Position numbers and translations under genes: made by a program. From the NCBI GenBank assembly GCA_964234715.1, contig OZ174290.1: a stretch of DNA of 64,000 nt, one strand, 5' to 3'. Source of the stretch: Podarcis melisellensis. Its lineage: Eukaryota. A model generated the notes under the pieces. That model did no database searches. It saw only the letters and a program-made list of their open reading frames with translations, and had not been told where the DNA came from. Positions 1 through 12,126 of the stretch are shown piece by piece (the stretch's first letter is position 1; each line of letters starts with the position of its first letter).

Positions 1-3000
1 AGAGCAGAATATTGCCTCTTAGACACCCACCCCCATGGTTGATCTCCCAAGGAGCCTCCACACCCTAATCCAACTGTAAGACTAGCAATTGTGCAACCTA
101 AATCCATTAATGCATATGATTCCCTTGGAACAGTTGGGAGCTTCAGATGGCTCAGAATTCTCTGGCTTTCCTGAGCTGCATTTTGTGCATTTTGTGGTGA
201 GCAATGGGGGCAGTGGGAAGAGAGACAGAGAGAGGAGGAAATGTCAACTGGCTCTTAAGCAACCGCCTGGGATGTCACGCTCCTTTCGCCCCCCCATGGA
301 ATCAGAGGAAATAAGCCAGAGACTCTCAAGAGGCTAGTCCTCTAGAAGCCCGACTGATGCCAGGAGCCAGCCGGGCACGCAATGCAGCCTTCAAACCACA
401 GAATCAGCCTGTGAACTTTTATCCTGGTTTTGCCCTCCTTCTGCCTGCTAGCCAGCCTGGTCTGACAACTTGCTCGTCTATTTCTCCTTTCATTTCTCTT
501 TTCTTCCCCTCTCCCTCCTGCCCCTGTCATCTTTTGCCACTTTTTACAAGAGTCCAGGTTGTCTTAAGAGCTCCTATAAGTTTCAGCTTGGGGATTTAGC
601 CATAGCTAACAGGACTGGAATGCAGCGAACCCATCCAAAATCTCGATGCTTTACATTCTTTCAGCATTGCCTGAGCCTGGTGAGGATTGGGGGTGTAGTG
701 GGGTGAGTGCTGAAGCAACGATTCTTCAGCATAAACTGGCTGAAGACTGGTCATATTGAATATTGTCTTCCAAAGCAACTACTCTATCCCGAACTTAAAA
801 ATTGAAAGCGTAATGCTGGTGGTCAACAAAAGAGGTTTAAAGGCTCTCTCAAAGCAAATCTTTAAAAATGTAGTATAAATGTAGTATAAACCCTGACAAT
901 TGGGAAACACTGGCCTGTGAGCGCTCCAATTGGAGAACAGCCTTTACCAAAGGTGCTGTGGACTTTGAACACGCTCATAATCAGGATGAAAGGGAGAAAC
1001 ATGTTAAGAGGAAGGCACGTTTGGCAAACCCTCACCATGACCAACTCCCATCCAGAAACCTACTCTATAAGACTCACTTTTCCCCTCCTAAAAAGTAAGG
1101 GGAAATGTTTGTGCGTCTTATGGAGGAAATGCAGGCTGCGCAGCTATCCCAGAAGCCAGAACAGAAAGAGGGATTGCTGCTTTCACTGTGCAGCAATCCC
1201 TCTAGCTGTTCTGGCTTCTGAGATTCAGAATATTTTTTTTCTTGTTTTCCTCCTCCAAAAACTTTGTGCGTCTTGTGGTCTGGTGCGTCCTATAGAGCGA
1301 AAAATACGGTATGTCCCCAGTGTGGAAGGACATCCAGAATTGGTCTCCACAGTCACTTACTGACTCACTGTTAAGACTGTGTTCATGGAAGACAATCTTA
1401 CTCGGCTACAAGTGATCACCAAAGAAGAGGGATATTCTTTGGGGAGCCTAGTCCCTGTATTTCTTAAGCTCTGCTATGACTAGCCAGGGTGTGTGGGTGA
1501 AGTCAAACTGCTGCATTATCAGCACTATCAGTGACCTCCTTGGGGTGCAAGCCTGGGCAGTGTGTGCAGAGGTCTTGAACTGCCCAGACAACAAGACTCT
1601 TGGCATCGTTGGCGGGGTCCACAGGAAAGCAGAGCAAGACGTTTGGCACCAGCTTGGCTGCAGGAGTTGCCAGAAGGAGATGCACAAGGCAGCATCCAAC
1701 TGGCTTAGGGTCTCCGGATTTGGGTAGGGTTCTTCTTCCAAATATATCTAGCAAGGCAGTGGAGGACCAGAGTTTTCCATCTGCTGGATGTGCTATGTTC
1801 CTGGGTTGACAAGCCCCATCTGCCCCTTCCCCCTAAAGCATGTGGAGAAACCACTTTCTTGACCATTGGTCAAGAGACTATTGGTCTTGTCTGCTCAATC
1901 TGCCAGAGCCTGTCTTTGCATGCAGGGGAAGTCCCTAACTCACAGAGGGTTTGAGACCCATCAGGTACCCTCACGTGGTTTAGCTAGCCAGCCACAGCCA
2001 TTCCCAGGGTGTGGCTAATGTCGCATGCTCACAGCTTCTAGGAACCACAGGTGAGAGATGTCCCTGGAATCTCGCATAGCTCAGATTAGGGTGGCATGCA
2101 ACCGTACTAATATAGGCAGAAAAATGAGCCATTGGCATATAGTTCTATCTTCACGGCTCTAGGATCTCTACTGGTCTGTCTGATCTACAACAGATTGCAA
2201 AATGGGGTTAATAAAACAGGCTAACTTAGCAGGACTGTTGCAATGATTACTGAGAATAAAGGGTACAAGACCCTTTTAAGCATTCAGCAAAAACCAAGTT
2301 TCACTACTGACTTTTAGTATTAGTCTCCTACCTGTGGATTGCAAGTAGCAATAATTTTTGCATATAATGTGCGTGAGATACAATAGTGAATATCAGTCCA
2401 GAACGGTTGACTTTCTTTCCAACCTGTGGGGCACTTGCAGCAATCAAAGCCCCTCATTCCCACACCTTCCCAAGAGTCAGAGTGACCTAGCAGATAGTGT
2501 TTGGTTAGGACCAGGAGACCCGAGTTCAAATTCTGTAATGTTCACCAGATGCTCCTCTGGGCGTATCCTGTATGTTATTTTGCAGGAAGGCTTCAAGAGC
2601 ACCCCAGGAAATCTAGGTTTGCGCAATTCAAGTAGAATACAGCACTCTTTTCCCCTGGAGCAACAAATCCACTTAAAAAAAACAACCAATCCAGACTTTT
2701 GGTGGCTGAGAAAGTGATGGGAAAATGCATGGAAAAGTGTGGGATGAACGGCTAATTCACGGGAAGATGTATAAACACCCCACAAGCAAATTAGGCTCAC
2801 CATTGTGGAACAAATCAGAATGAATACTCAAATTAAAAACCAGACTAACTCAAAATTGGAATCCAGAACCCCCCCCCGCCCCTTAGTGGTGTCCAGATCA
2901 GGCCATTCTTTTTTAAAAGCCACAAACATTGGCCAATTTTATTTCAATTTCCCCAAGAAAGCAGCTCTTTCTTCCAGTGCATTTTTTTGGGCAAGGCTTT

Positions 3001-3049
3001 TGGGTGGCTCGAATTAAAATCAATCCCAAAGAAAACTAATCTTCTCCCG

Positions 3050-3620
3050 CTAGGCATTTCCTTTAGAAGATCACTCCCGGGTGATCTTCTAAAGGGATCG
3101 CGTCGCTCCCAAAACAAAAGCAAGGTGGTGTCAGCAGAGTCGGGAGAAACGGCAGCTCCAAGCAGCCAAGTTGGGGACCCGTTGCCCAGCCTCCCTTGCC
3201 CACCAGCCCGCGTGGATCTGCTATACTCACGCGGCGGCGGCGGCGCTCTGGGGCTGGGCTGGCAAGCTGGCGCTCCGGACTGCTTGGGGAAGAAGGAGGA
3301 CCGCTTACTCTGGCGAAGGAGGCCGCAAGCCAGCTCCGCCGGCCGGCCTTCTTTCCCCCCTCCCCACCCTCCTCTCTCCCTCCCCTCTCTCCCTCCTCCC
3401 CAACTCCGATGGAAACCGGAGAGTTGCAGAGCGGAGCCAAGAGCTACAGGCAAAGCGGGGAAGCGCGTCGGAGGCAGAGGCATCTCTGGGATGGGGCAGA
3501 GGGGAGAGGAAGGCGGGATGGGAGGGAGGAGGAAGAGTCAGGAGCCGGCAGGGCGGCGGAGAAGGGGTCAGAGTGGGGGGTGGGGTGGGGGTGAGACCGG
3601 GGGATCCTGGTTCAAATCCC
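3050..3620 (-). promoter_or_regulatory. C1QTNF5: CpG island, probable C1QTNF5 promoter and non-coding first exon
   Basis: Dense CpG with (GCG)n and G-runs. Minus-strand donors CGC|GTGAGT (exon end 3231) and AGA|GTAAGC (3309). Position downstream of MFRP matches vertebrate synteny. No collagen or C1q coding sequence in the window. Confidence 0.45.
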
Positions 3621-4870
3621 CCACTCACCCCACTGGGTGAGCTTGGGCCAGTCCACGTTGCCTCTTAGCCTGGCCTACCTCGCAGGGTGGTTGTGCGGGG
3701 AGAATGAGAAGCAGGTGCGCCGCCTTGAGCTGCTTGCAGGTATGGCCAAACTTGGCCCTCCTGCTGTTTTGGGACGACAACTCCCATTATCCCTAGCTAA
3801 CAGGACCAGCGGTCAGGGATGATGGGAATTGTAGTCCCAAAACAGCTGGAGGGCCAAGTTTGGCCATGCCTGCAAGGTGGGGTGTAAATAAATGTTCTCT
3901 ATATTTCCAAGGAAGCACCTTCACCCTCATAAAAGCAATGACGGGATGAAAGGCAAGGAAACCCATTTCATCAAACGCGAAACAGCCAGGACTTTCACTG
4001 ACGTGGGCTGTCACTTTTAAGAACTTGTGCCTGAGCTTGGTTTTTGCCTCCTCCCTCCTATTCCCATTTTCCTCTTGCGTCACATCTTTTCAGATTGTGA
4101 ACCTAAGGTCAGGACCATATTATAACTGATTTTTGTAAGCTGCTCCGACACCCCTTTTGGCTAAAGGTTGAGACAGAAATGCTGTACACAATCCAAGAAG
4201 AAGTGGGTTTGTGGTTCCATTTCCACTCTGCCCATCATTTTGGTTTTTTTTTTTACCTTGAGCAGGCACTAGAGCTTATTTTCTGCCAGAGCTCACCACA
4301 GGAAAAGAAGTGTCTTTGAGCATGTACAGAGTGCCTGCTGCTCATCACTTAACAATAACTCTCTTCTCCATATGAATCTAACATTAGAGGAGAGAAGCAT
4401 CCAGGTGTGGCTTTGAGCTCTGCTACTCTCCTCTTGAAGAAAAGAAGAAAGTAACATTAACAGACAGGATACGTAACATGTTTTAAAAGCTGGGAGTCAA
4501 CAAAACATTACAGAATATTTTCCAACCAGGCAGAAGCATAGGAGTGAGTGTACAGTAGCTTCCCACAACCTGGTGCCAACCACATGTTCTGGACTACAAC
4601 TGGTCCCAGCCAGGATATCTGCAACCCTTGGGGGGTTCCCTAAGCCTGCTCATGCAGTACTTCCTTCATGTGGGGTGTGTGGGTGTGGCTTTGGCTACCT
4701 AAAGGCTCCCCCTCCATTTGAGCTTGCTATTAGAATATAGGATAAGGATGCTGCGTGATAACGCATGTCGCTTGATCAATGTGCATTTTATACTGCTGTC
4801 TGGGTAAACCAAGCCCTTTGGGAAATGCTTATGCTGGGCACATCTTATAATCCATGTCTACCAGAGAAGG

Positions 4871-5220
4871 GGGACGCGGGTGGCGCTGTGGGTTAAACCA
4901 CAGAGCCTAGGACTTGCCGGTCAGAAGGTCGGCAGTTTGAATCCCCGCGACGGGGTGAGCTCCCGTTGCTGGGTCCCTGCTCCTGCCAACCTAGCAGTTT
5001 GAAAGCACTCAAAGTACAAGTAGATAAATAGGTACCACTCTGGCGGGAAGGTAAACGGCGTTTCCGTGTGCTGCTCTGGTTCGCCAGAAGCAGCTTAGTC
5101 ATCCTTGCCACATGACCCGGAAGCTGTATGCCGGCTCCCTCGGCCAATAAAGCGAGATGAGCGTGGCAACCCCAGAGTTGGCCACGACTGGACCTAATGG
5201 TCAGGGGTCCCTTTACCTTA
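4871..5220 (+). mobile_element. Sauria SINE (lacertid POM/Squam1 type), full length
   Basis: tRNA-like head gggacgcgggtggcgctgtgg, (ACCTTT)-type tail, TSD ccagagaagg on both sides. Confidence 0.9.
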
Positions 5221-7727
5221 CCAGAGAAGGCATGCAGGAGGCACCTTGCAAACTTACTTACCCATGGCTGCATGCAAACCAGCATGGTTCAATCACTGAA
5301 ATCCCCAGTCAGAGTTGGGCAAGGCTCTCTGCTTGAAACTCCAGAGAGCTGCTGCCAGTTTGCGTGATCAACACTGACCTAGATTAAACCAAGCATGGCT
5401 CCTGGTGAATCCGACCAGAGGCCCGTTTGGTCCAGCATCCTGCTCTGGCAGGATGCTTATGGGAAGCCTAAAAGCCAGGACCTGAGCACCGCAGCATCAC
5501 ACCACCACCCTTGTGATGCCTAGCAAACAGGTAGTTGGAGGATCACTGCCTCTGACCCTGAGAAGTCGCCATTGTGGCTATAAGCCCCCAGGTAAGCCTG
5601 AACTTCCATGAATTTGTCTCAACTTCTTTGGCTGGCCATCGCTGCCTCTTGGGATAGCAGATTCCTGTGTGACCAAATCCTTCCTCTCATCCATCTGGAA
5701 CCTTGCGTTATTCAGCTTTCTTTCATTCTAGTATTATGATAGAGAGAAAGGGTGGGAACTGATTCTCTGCTCCCCATGCCCAAGTGTACATGCCCAAACA
5801 CAGGCACGAATCCCACCCACAACTTGTTTGCAGAGTTTGATGGACGGGACTTGGCACCCAGATCCTGCTTAGAAGTCCCTGAGCATTTTTCTGCTTTGAC
5901 AGCAGCAGCAGCAGCAGCAGCTGGATGGGCGTTGCTCCCAGATTGGTTTCACAGACGCTGCTGCCGCCAGCTCCCTTCCGTAGAAACTCCTCCCTTGTCT
6001 TGGGGTGATGCTTCCCAGATTTAAGCTGGGCTCCGATGATCTCAGAGGCTGCTGCGCAGGGATGGAATGGAAGGTGAAGTAATTCACACATGGGTGGTAC
6101 AGAGCTCCTAGGACCATTTAGTTGCAGGTTGGACTTTTTAACAGGTTCAAATGCTCTTTCAAAACAATTGCACACAAGTGTGAAAAGTGAGGCTAGATCT
6201 CTTTGGCTGACGTGCCAGTTTTCTGTGGGTGGGGAATTCCTGATGACAGGAATCCAAGAACTTGTGTATCCTCTCAACTGAAGCCTGAAATGCTGCAGTA
6301 CCAGGGACAGTGGTTTCTGCAGGGAGGGCTGAAGCTCAGTGGCAGGGCACCTGCTGTGCGTGTAGAAGGTCCTAAATTCAATCCCTAGCATTTCCAAGTA
6401 GGGCTGGAAGAGAATGCATGGTTCTCCCTCCTCCTCTCCATTTTTATAATCACAACAACCCTGTGAGGTAGGTTAGGCTGAGAGTCAGCAACTGACCTGA
6501 GGTCGTCCAGTGAGCTTCATGGCTGAGTGTGGATTTGAACCCTGGTCTCCCAGGTCCTTGTCTGGCATTCTCACCTCTACTCCACACTGTTGGCAGTGAG
6601 GTGGAAGAGAAATCAAGTGGTTAAATCTAACAATCCCACTTCAGAGTGCAGGTGGAGGGATAACAAATATGTAGGAAAGTCCTTGCATTATAAACTCCTT
6701 TTAACTGGAAAGCCAGCATAGGAAGACACGAAGCTCTTTCCCTTACACACTAGCTTTCTTGTGGGTTGTTTTCCACTCCTCTTTTGCTCGGGGATTATTT
6801 TTTTAAGGGGATCAGCCGCCACCTGCAGTCTGAAGTAGGGCAGTCTTTTCTACCACACTACCACTTCATTCCACCAAGATCTGTGTTGTTTCAATCACTC
6901 CTCAGCTGCTGTAATAGCTCAATCTCCAAATGAGGCAACTCTGAAGTCTTCATAATCTTTGCATAATCATTATTAAACCAGATGTATTCTGGAAAGAAAT
7001 ACTTTCAGCAGGGCTTTGCCGCAAGGGCTGGGCACATTTGACAATTACATGCAAGCACAGAAAACTCACAGGATGTGGTTTGGGATGGAGGGTTCAGCTT
7101 CCTGAGAATGGCAGCTTTCATTAAACAACAGCAACAAGCGCCTAGTCCTTAAGATGTATAAAAGCCCACTGAAATCTCATAAGTCACGTGGGTGGCTGAA
7201 TAAGATTTGCAATGTTCCAGGAACAGGAATTCAGGGCTCTGCATGTCTCTGCCCACACCCGCTCATGATGAGCACAGACGGAATGCATTTTGCAAAATAA
7301 GGAAAAGGCTTGTTTGATTTGCATGGTTTATAGAGGATGCTAAATTCAGCTGTCTTTGACAAATAATTCTGAAGGGTTTTTTTTTTTTTAAAATGCATGC
7401 ACAGTTAACTCATGAGCGCAGGGCAGAGCTGAAATGGGAGATTAATGTAAAATCACAATCCATTAAACTACTATGTATAGTGCAATCCGATGCTGCGTTA
7501 ACTGGAACAAGAAGATGTCCTTCTTTGCTGGTTATAATCAAGAATTATTAGGGTTGTCACTCAGAGAAAGGAACTTTTTGTGGATGAATTGTATGACTTT
7601 TAATCAGCGAATCAATCAACTTCATTGCAGGGGGCTGGACTACATGACCCCTGGGATCCTTTCCAATCCTAAAGTTCTATGATCTGAAAGAATTTGCATT
7701 TTAACAACATAATACTGGTAGGCAAAT

Positions 7728-7800
7728 CTTCCTTCCTTCCTTCCTTCCTTCCTTCCTTCCTTCCTTCCTTCCTTCCTTCCTTCCTTCCTTCCTTCCTTCC
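7728..7800. repeat. (CTTC)n microsatellite
   Basis: About 18 perfect units. Confidence 0.95.
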
Positions 7801-8411
7801 TAGCACATGTGCTGCTGTAGGCATAACCTCACAGGAGGCTTTTGCTCCCATGTAAGAGAGAAGAAAGAACCCCCCTTCTAAGAAAGGGCTCACAAGCCAT
7901 GGACTTGTCAGTATGTACAGTAAAAACCATTTATATTAATCTTTTCTTTTTTTAAAAAAATGCCTTTTAAAACCAACCACAAAGACTTAAAAACAAACCA
8001 GCTAAATATTACAGCTCTAATTAGGATGGAAGCCCCCTGCAGCCTCTGATATATTATTATCCAAGTTATTTATATGGGCGCCATCAAGGCGCATAGAACT
8101 TTACGAAGGGTACGAGGACAGGCCTCTGACCCAAAGTGCTTACAATCTAAAAACTCAACCCCAAACTGCAAATTGTCCTCCTGTTGCTCAGATTCCACCG
8201 ATTCCTTGGAGAGACGTTCATCAGTGGATGGCCTACAAAGCATTGCAGCTCAGATCGCAAGGCCTTCTGGTGGGGGATTTCGTCTGATGGGGAACTTCTG
8301 CTCGGGAACTGGCGGCCTCCAAAGGGTCTCCCGCCTAGCTGGGCAATGGGAGGAGCGTTCAGCTACACGGCATGTGAAGTAGAGGTTGCGGACGGAGCGG
8401 GGCAGCCCCTC

Positions 8412-8636
8412 TTATGGCAGGAAGCACTCCAAAGGGTTGTTGGAATCTAGCAGGACGTTGCAGTTCAGGGGCCATGGGAGACCCAGAAGGCTGAGGGATT
8501 GCTGGCAGCTCTGCTCGGCTGCCAGGCACACGGAGCGGCACGGCTGCAGGATACCCCCGTCTGGGGTGCACTTAGGTACGAAGAGGCTGCACAGGAGCAA
8601 GCGCAGAGATGGGTAGCAAGAGAAGTCCTTCAGCAT
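8412..8636 (-). CDS. MFRP: MFRP exon 13 (Frizzled CRD, C-terminal part, stop)
   Basis: MLKDFSCYPSLRLLLCSLFVPKCTPDGGILQPCRSVCLAAEQSCQQSLSLLGLPWPLNCNVLLDSNNPLECFLP*. All 10 CRD cysteines are present across exons 12-13. Summed CDS is 1830 nt. Confidence 0.96.
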   Translation of the reverse strand: MLKDFSCYPSLRLLLCSLFVPKCTPDGGILQPCRSVCLAAEQSCQQSLSLLGLPWPLNCNVLLDSNNPLECFLP

Positions 8637-8736
8637 CTGAAAAAAGAACGAGCAAGGGGCAGCAGGGAAAGGCGCTTGTTAGGTGTTCGATTAGCCCTTC
8701 TCTCACTACGCCTGGAAAAAAGTGAATGGTTTACTG

Positions 8737-8872
8737 CAGGCTTCCTCAACCTCGGCCCTCCAGATGTTTTGAGACTACAATTCCCATCATCCCTGACCAC
8801 TGGTCCTGCTAGCTAGGGACCAGGGGAGTTGTAGGCCAGAAACATCTGGGGGGCCGAGGTTGAGGAAGCCTG
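8737..8872. mobile_element. Palindromic hAT-type MITE (ctacaa(c/t)tcccatcatccct core)
   Basis: Near-perfect hairpin; 8-bp TSD gtttactg. Relatives at 3737-3872, 26342-26479 and 56745-56862. Confidence 0.8.
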
Positions 8873-9454
8873 GTTTACTGTATAAATACTGCATTTGATA
8901 GCCCATCCCTAGAAGTACCCCATGCAGAGATGGTGGTCTCTTGCTCTAGCTCAGTGGTTCCCAAAGGGGGCGCTGTGGGGCAGTGGAGCTGTACATGAGC
9001 ACCATAACATAGAGTTATGGAATTTGAAGTGGTCCCAAGTATCATCTTGTCCAACTCCCTGCAATGCAGGAATCTCAATATCACAGGATCAAGTGGAATA
9101 CTGTGTCCAGTTCTGGGCACCACTATTTAAGAAGGATGTTGGCAAGCTGGAACGTGTGCAGAGGAGGGCGGCCAAGATGATCAAGGGTCTGGAAACTAAG
9201 CCTTATGAGGGATGGTTAAAGGAGCTGGGTATGTTTAGCCTGGAAAAGAAGAGACTGAGAGGAGATCTGATAGCCACCTTTAAATATCTTAAGGGCTGTC
9301 ACGTGGAGGAGGGAGCAATGGCTTCATGTTTCAAGAAAGGAGATTCCGACTAAACATTCGGTAAAACTTTCTGACAGTAAGAGCTGTTCAGCAGTGGAAC
9401 AGACTCCCACGAGATGTGGTGGACTTTCTTGGAGGTTTTTAGACAGAGGTTGGA

Positions 9455-9855
9455 GGAGGAGGAGGAGTTTGGACTTGATATCCCACCTTTCACTCCCCTT
9501 AAGGAGTCTCAAAGCGGCTAACAATCTCCTTTCCCTTCCTCCCCCACAACAAACACTCTGTGAGGTGAGTGGGGCTAAGAGACTTCAGAGAAGTGTGACT
9601 GGCTCAAGGCAGTGGCATAGCGTGGGGGGTGCAGGGGGGGCCGGCCACACCGGGCGCAACATCTGGGGGTTAGGGTTAGGGGGCGCAAATCCATGGGTTA
9701 GGGGGCACAAATTACTTGCCTTGCCCCGGGTGCTGACAACCCACGCTACGCCACTGGCCCAAGGTCACCCAGCAGCTGCAAGTGGAGGAGTGGGGAAGTG
9801 AAACCAGTTCACCAGATTACAAGTCCACTGCTCTTAACCACTGCACCACACTGGC
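9455..9855 (-). mobile_element. Squam3-like SINE interrupted by a hAT-type MITE
   Basis: Reverse copy split at 9610-9756. Confidence 0.8.
9610..9756. mobile_element. hAT-type MITE
   Basis: TIR CAGTGGCATAGCGTGGG / CCCACGCTACGCCACTG; 8-bp TSD gctcaagg/gcccaagg. Confidence 0.8.
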
Positions 9856-10788
9856 TGGCCATCTGTCATGGATGCTTTAGCTGAGATTCCTGCATTGCAG
9901 GGGGTTGGACTAGATAACTCTTGGGACCCCTTCCAGTGCATTAATTTTGCTGAATCAAGAAAACTGAATAGTTTTAATTGGGCTTTGAACAAATGTCTAA
10001 TTAATTGCTACTGCTTTGAATTTTTATTGTGTTATCTTCCTTAGCGGATTGCGCAAACTGCTCTTCTGAACAATGTGTTATAGGGCAGGAGGCACTGAGA
10101 ATGAGTTTATAGGGTGGGGGAAGTCTGGGAACTACTTGCCGTAGCTGAAAAACGTCTGCAAAGAAAAACGCCAATGACGGGCGGAAGCAGGAGGGACAAA
10201 TCTGAAGATCTGTGGGACCCCTTGCCACGTGACTTGTCAGAGAGCTGCAATACAACCGCTGCTTCTCCAATAATTATTTCAGTTAGGTTTATTACTGAGA
10301 CACCTCCTTGGCTAAGCACTCCTGAGGGTTGTTGTTAAGTGGGTGCATTTAGTGCATTTGCGAATTTTCTCTTTTAACACATAGAAAATGGCTGTGCACT
10401 GTGTGGATTATGGTTAAGTCAAACTTCTTTTCTAGAATTGTTGTATGATGTTGTGATGTCATTGATTTATAAATAATTTTTAAAAGAATGATCCAAGGGC
10501 AGAAAGGGAGTCATTTTCCTGGTTCTGGCTCCAGCTGACCTAGAACCAAGGATAGGCAGTGGCCAACAGGCTTGGTGGGGGGCATTTTTCAGGGCCCAGG
10601 AACCAATCTATCAATTTTTCTAAAGTGGTGGGAGGGGTGTTGTCCTGCTGGGCCAGATCTTTCTCTCCTGCTCCCCACTCCATGGCAAGGTGCTTTCTGT
10701 TGATGTTCCCTGCCTTCCTCCCAAGCCAAGGGTCCAGCCCCCCCCATCGCTCTCCCTCATCCCTTTCCCCACCTTCCTCCAGGCTCAC

Positions 10789-10916
10789 CATATAGTCTTC
10801 GAGATGCTCTTCTGCCTCTTGCTGATCCATAATGGTCAGCCAGATGTTGGGGAATGAGGTGGTATTGTAACTGAGACCCAAACACATCTCCACCTCAATC
10901 GGCTCACAGGACGGCT
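10789..10916 (-). CDS. MFRP: MFRP exon 12 (Frizzled CRD, N-terminal part)
   Basis: [43 protein letters not shown]; ATG|gtgagc; 128 nt. Confidence 0.95.
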
Positions 10917-11120
10917 CTGCAGGTAGAAGGAAAAGGTGCAGGTATATGTGTGTTTCTGTGGCAATGTTTCAGATTCAGCTCAGGAACATACAGAGCAGCT
11001 TGGCTGACCAGCTCAAAGTTACTTCTAGCCCAGCATGTGGTTACCCTCCAGGAAAATTATCGCTGGGCACCAGAGGTGAAAACCCCCCAGCAGCTCATAT
11101 TTATCGTTAGATTATGCATA

Positions 11121-11469
11121 GTGGCGCTGTGGCTTAAACCACAGAGCCTAGGACTTGCCGATCAGAAGGTCGGCGGTTCAAATCCCTGCGACGGGGTGAG
11201 CTCCCGTAGTTCGGTCCCTGCTCCTGCCCACCTAGCAGTTTGAAAGCATGTCAAAGTGCAACTAGATAAATAGGTACCGCTCCAGCGAGAAGGTAAACGG
11301 TGTTTCCGTGCGCTGCTCTGGTTCGCCAGAAGCAGCTTAGTCATGCTGGCCACATGACCCGGAAGCTGTACACCGGCTCCCTCGGCCAATAAAGCGAGAT
11401 GAGCGCCGCAACCCCAGAGTCGGTCACTACTGGACCTAATGGTCAGGGGTCCCTTTACATTTACCTTTA
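11121..11469 (+). mobile_element. Sauria SINE
   Basis: Same consensus as 4871-5220; followed by rearranged SINE fragments up to 11586. Confidence 0.9.
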
Positions 11470-12126
11470 TGTATTAAGGTAAAGGTATAGGTAAATGACC
11501 CCTGAATGGCATGACTAAACCACTTCTGGTGCAATGGAGAACCGTCACAGAAACCAGAGTCGGTCACGACTGGACCTAATGGTCAGTTAAATTCAGTTAA
11601 ATGCAAAACTACCTAATTCACATTTCCCAAAACAACATGCGAACTGAAACACAGCTAATTTTGCACTTCTCTGAATTTTTTGATGCATTTTTCCAAAGAA
11701 AGAAAAAAAAGGGATTGCATACAAAAATGTGTATACTAGGGCAAAGCATGCATAAAAATGAATACATTTGTGACAAATAATGTATGGAAATGCAGCATAT
11801 TAAGGGGAATTGCTTGCAAAAATGTACATATTAGACAAAATTGCATACAAAAAGAGGTATATTGGGATAAATGTGCAAGGCTATGCTAACAATTTAACGT
11901 AAGGCTGTTTGTTTGTTTTAAAATTGCAAACTAATGCAGAAATCTAAAGTGCTGAACTTTAGGTTAGGGGAAATGAGAAACCGGGGGGGGGGGGCACCAC
12001 AATGGGCAAATTTGCCCATCCTTATTTATGACTCAGTCTCACGTGACCGGGCAGCCCTTTTTCAACAACTGGTGCAGGACCTCAACTTTAGGAATCTTGT
12101 TTCACGAGGAAAGAATTGCCGCTTAC

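Larger units (their letters stand above)
9091..9935 (+). mobile_element. CR1 LINE 3' fragment (interrupted by the SINE)
   Basis: EYCVQFWAPLFKKDVGKLERVQRRAAKMIKGLE...RLRGDLIATFKYLKG is the CR1 ORF2 C-terminus; the 3' UTR resumes after 9856. Confidence 0.85.

Noticed and set aside
89-706. Possible C1QTNF5 coding exon at the window start
   Set aside because: No signal peptide, collagen repeat or C1q motif in any frame examined.
1490-2060. Probable old RTE- or Vingi-type LINE fragments (also about 62990-63190)
   Set aside because: Resemblance from memory only; no protein motif or TSD to support a family call.
2944-3668. Several overlapping 100-217 aa ORFs on both strands
   Set aside because: Low-complexity G/P/R-rich products expected from a stop-poor CpG island; no Gly-X-Y collagen or C1q domain, so not the C1QTNF5 CDS.
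4871-4960. tRNA-like sequences with A/B boxes, here and in other copies
   Set aside because: SINE heads; no complete cloverleaf, so not called tRNA genes.
5723-6397. 224-aa minus-strand ORF with a poly-Leu run
   Set aside because: Starts in a repeat fragment; the poly-Leu comes from a (CAG)n microsatellite; no domain similarity recognised.
8922-9353. 143-aa plus-strand ORF
   Set aside because: CR1 ORF2 remnant, not a host gene.
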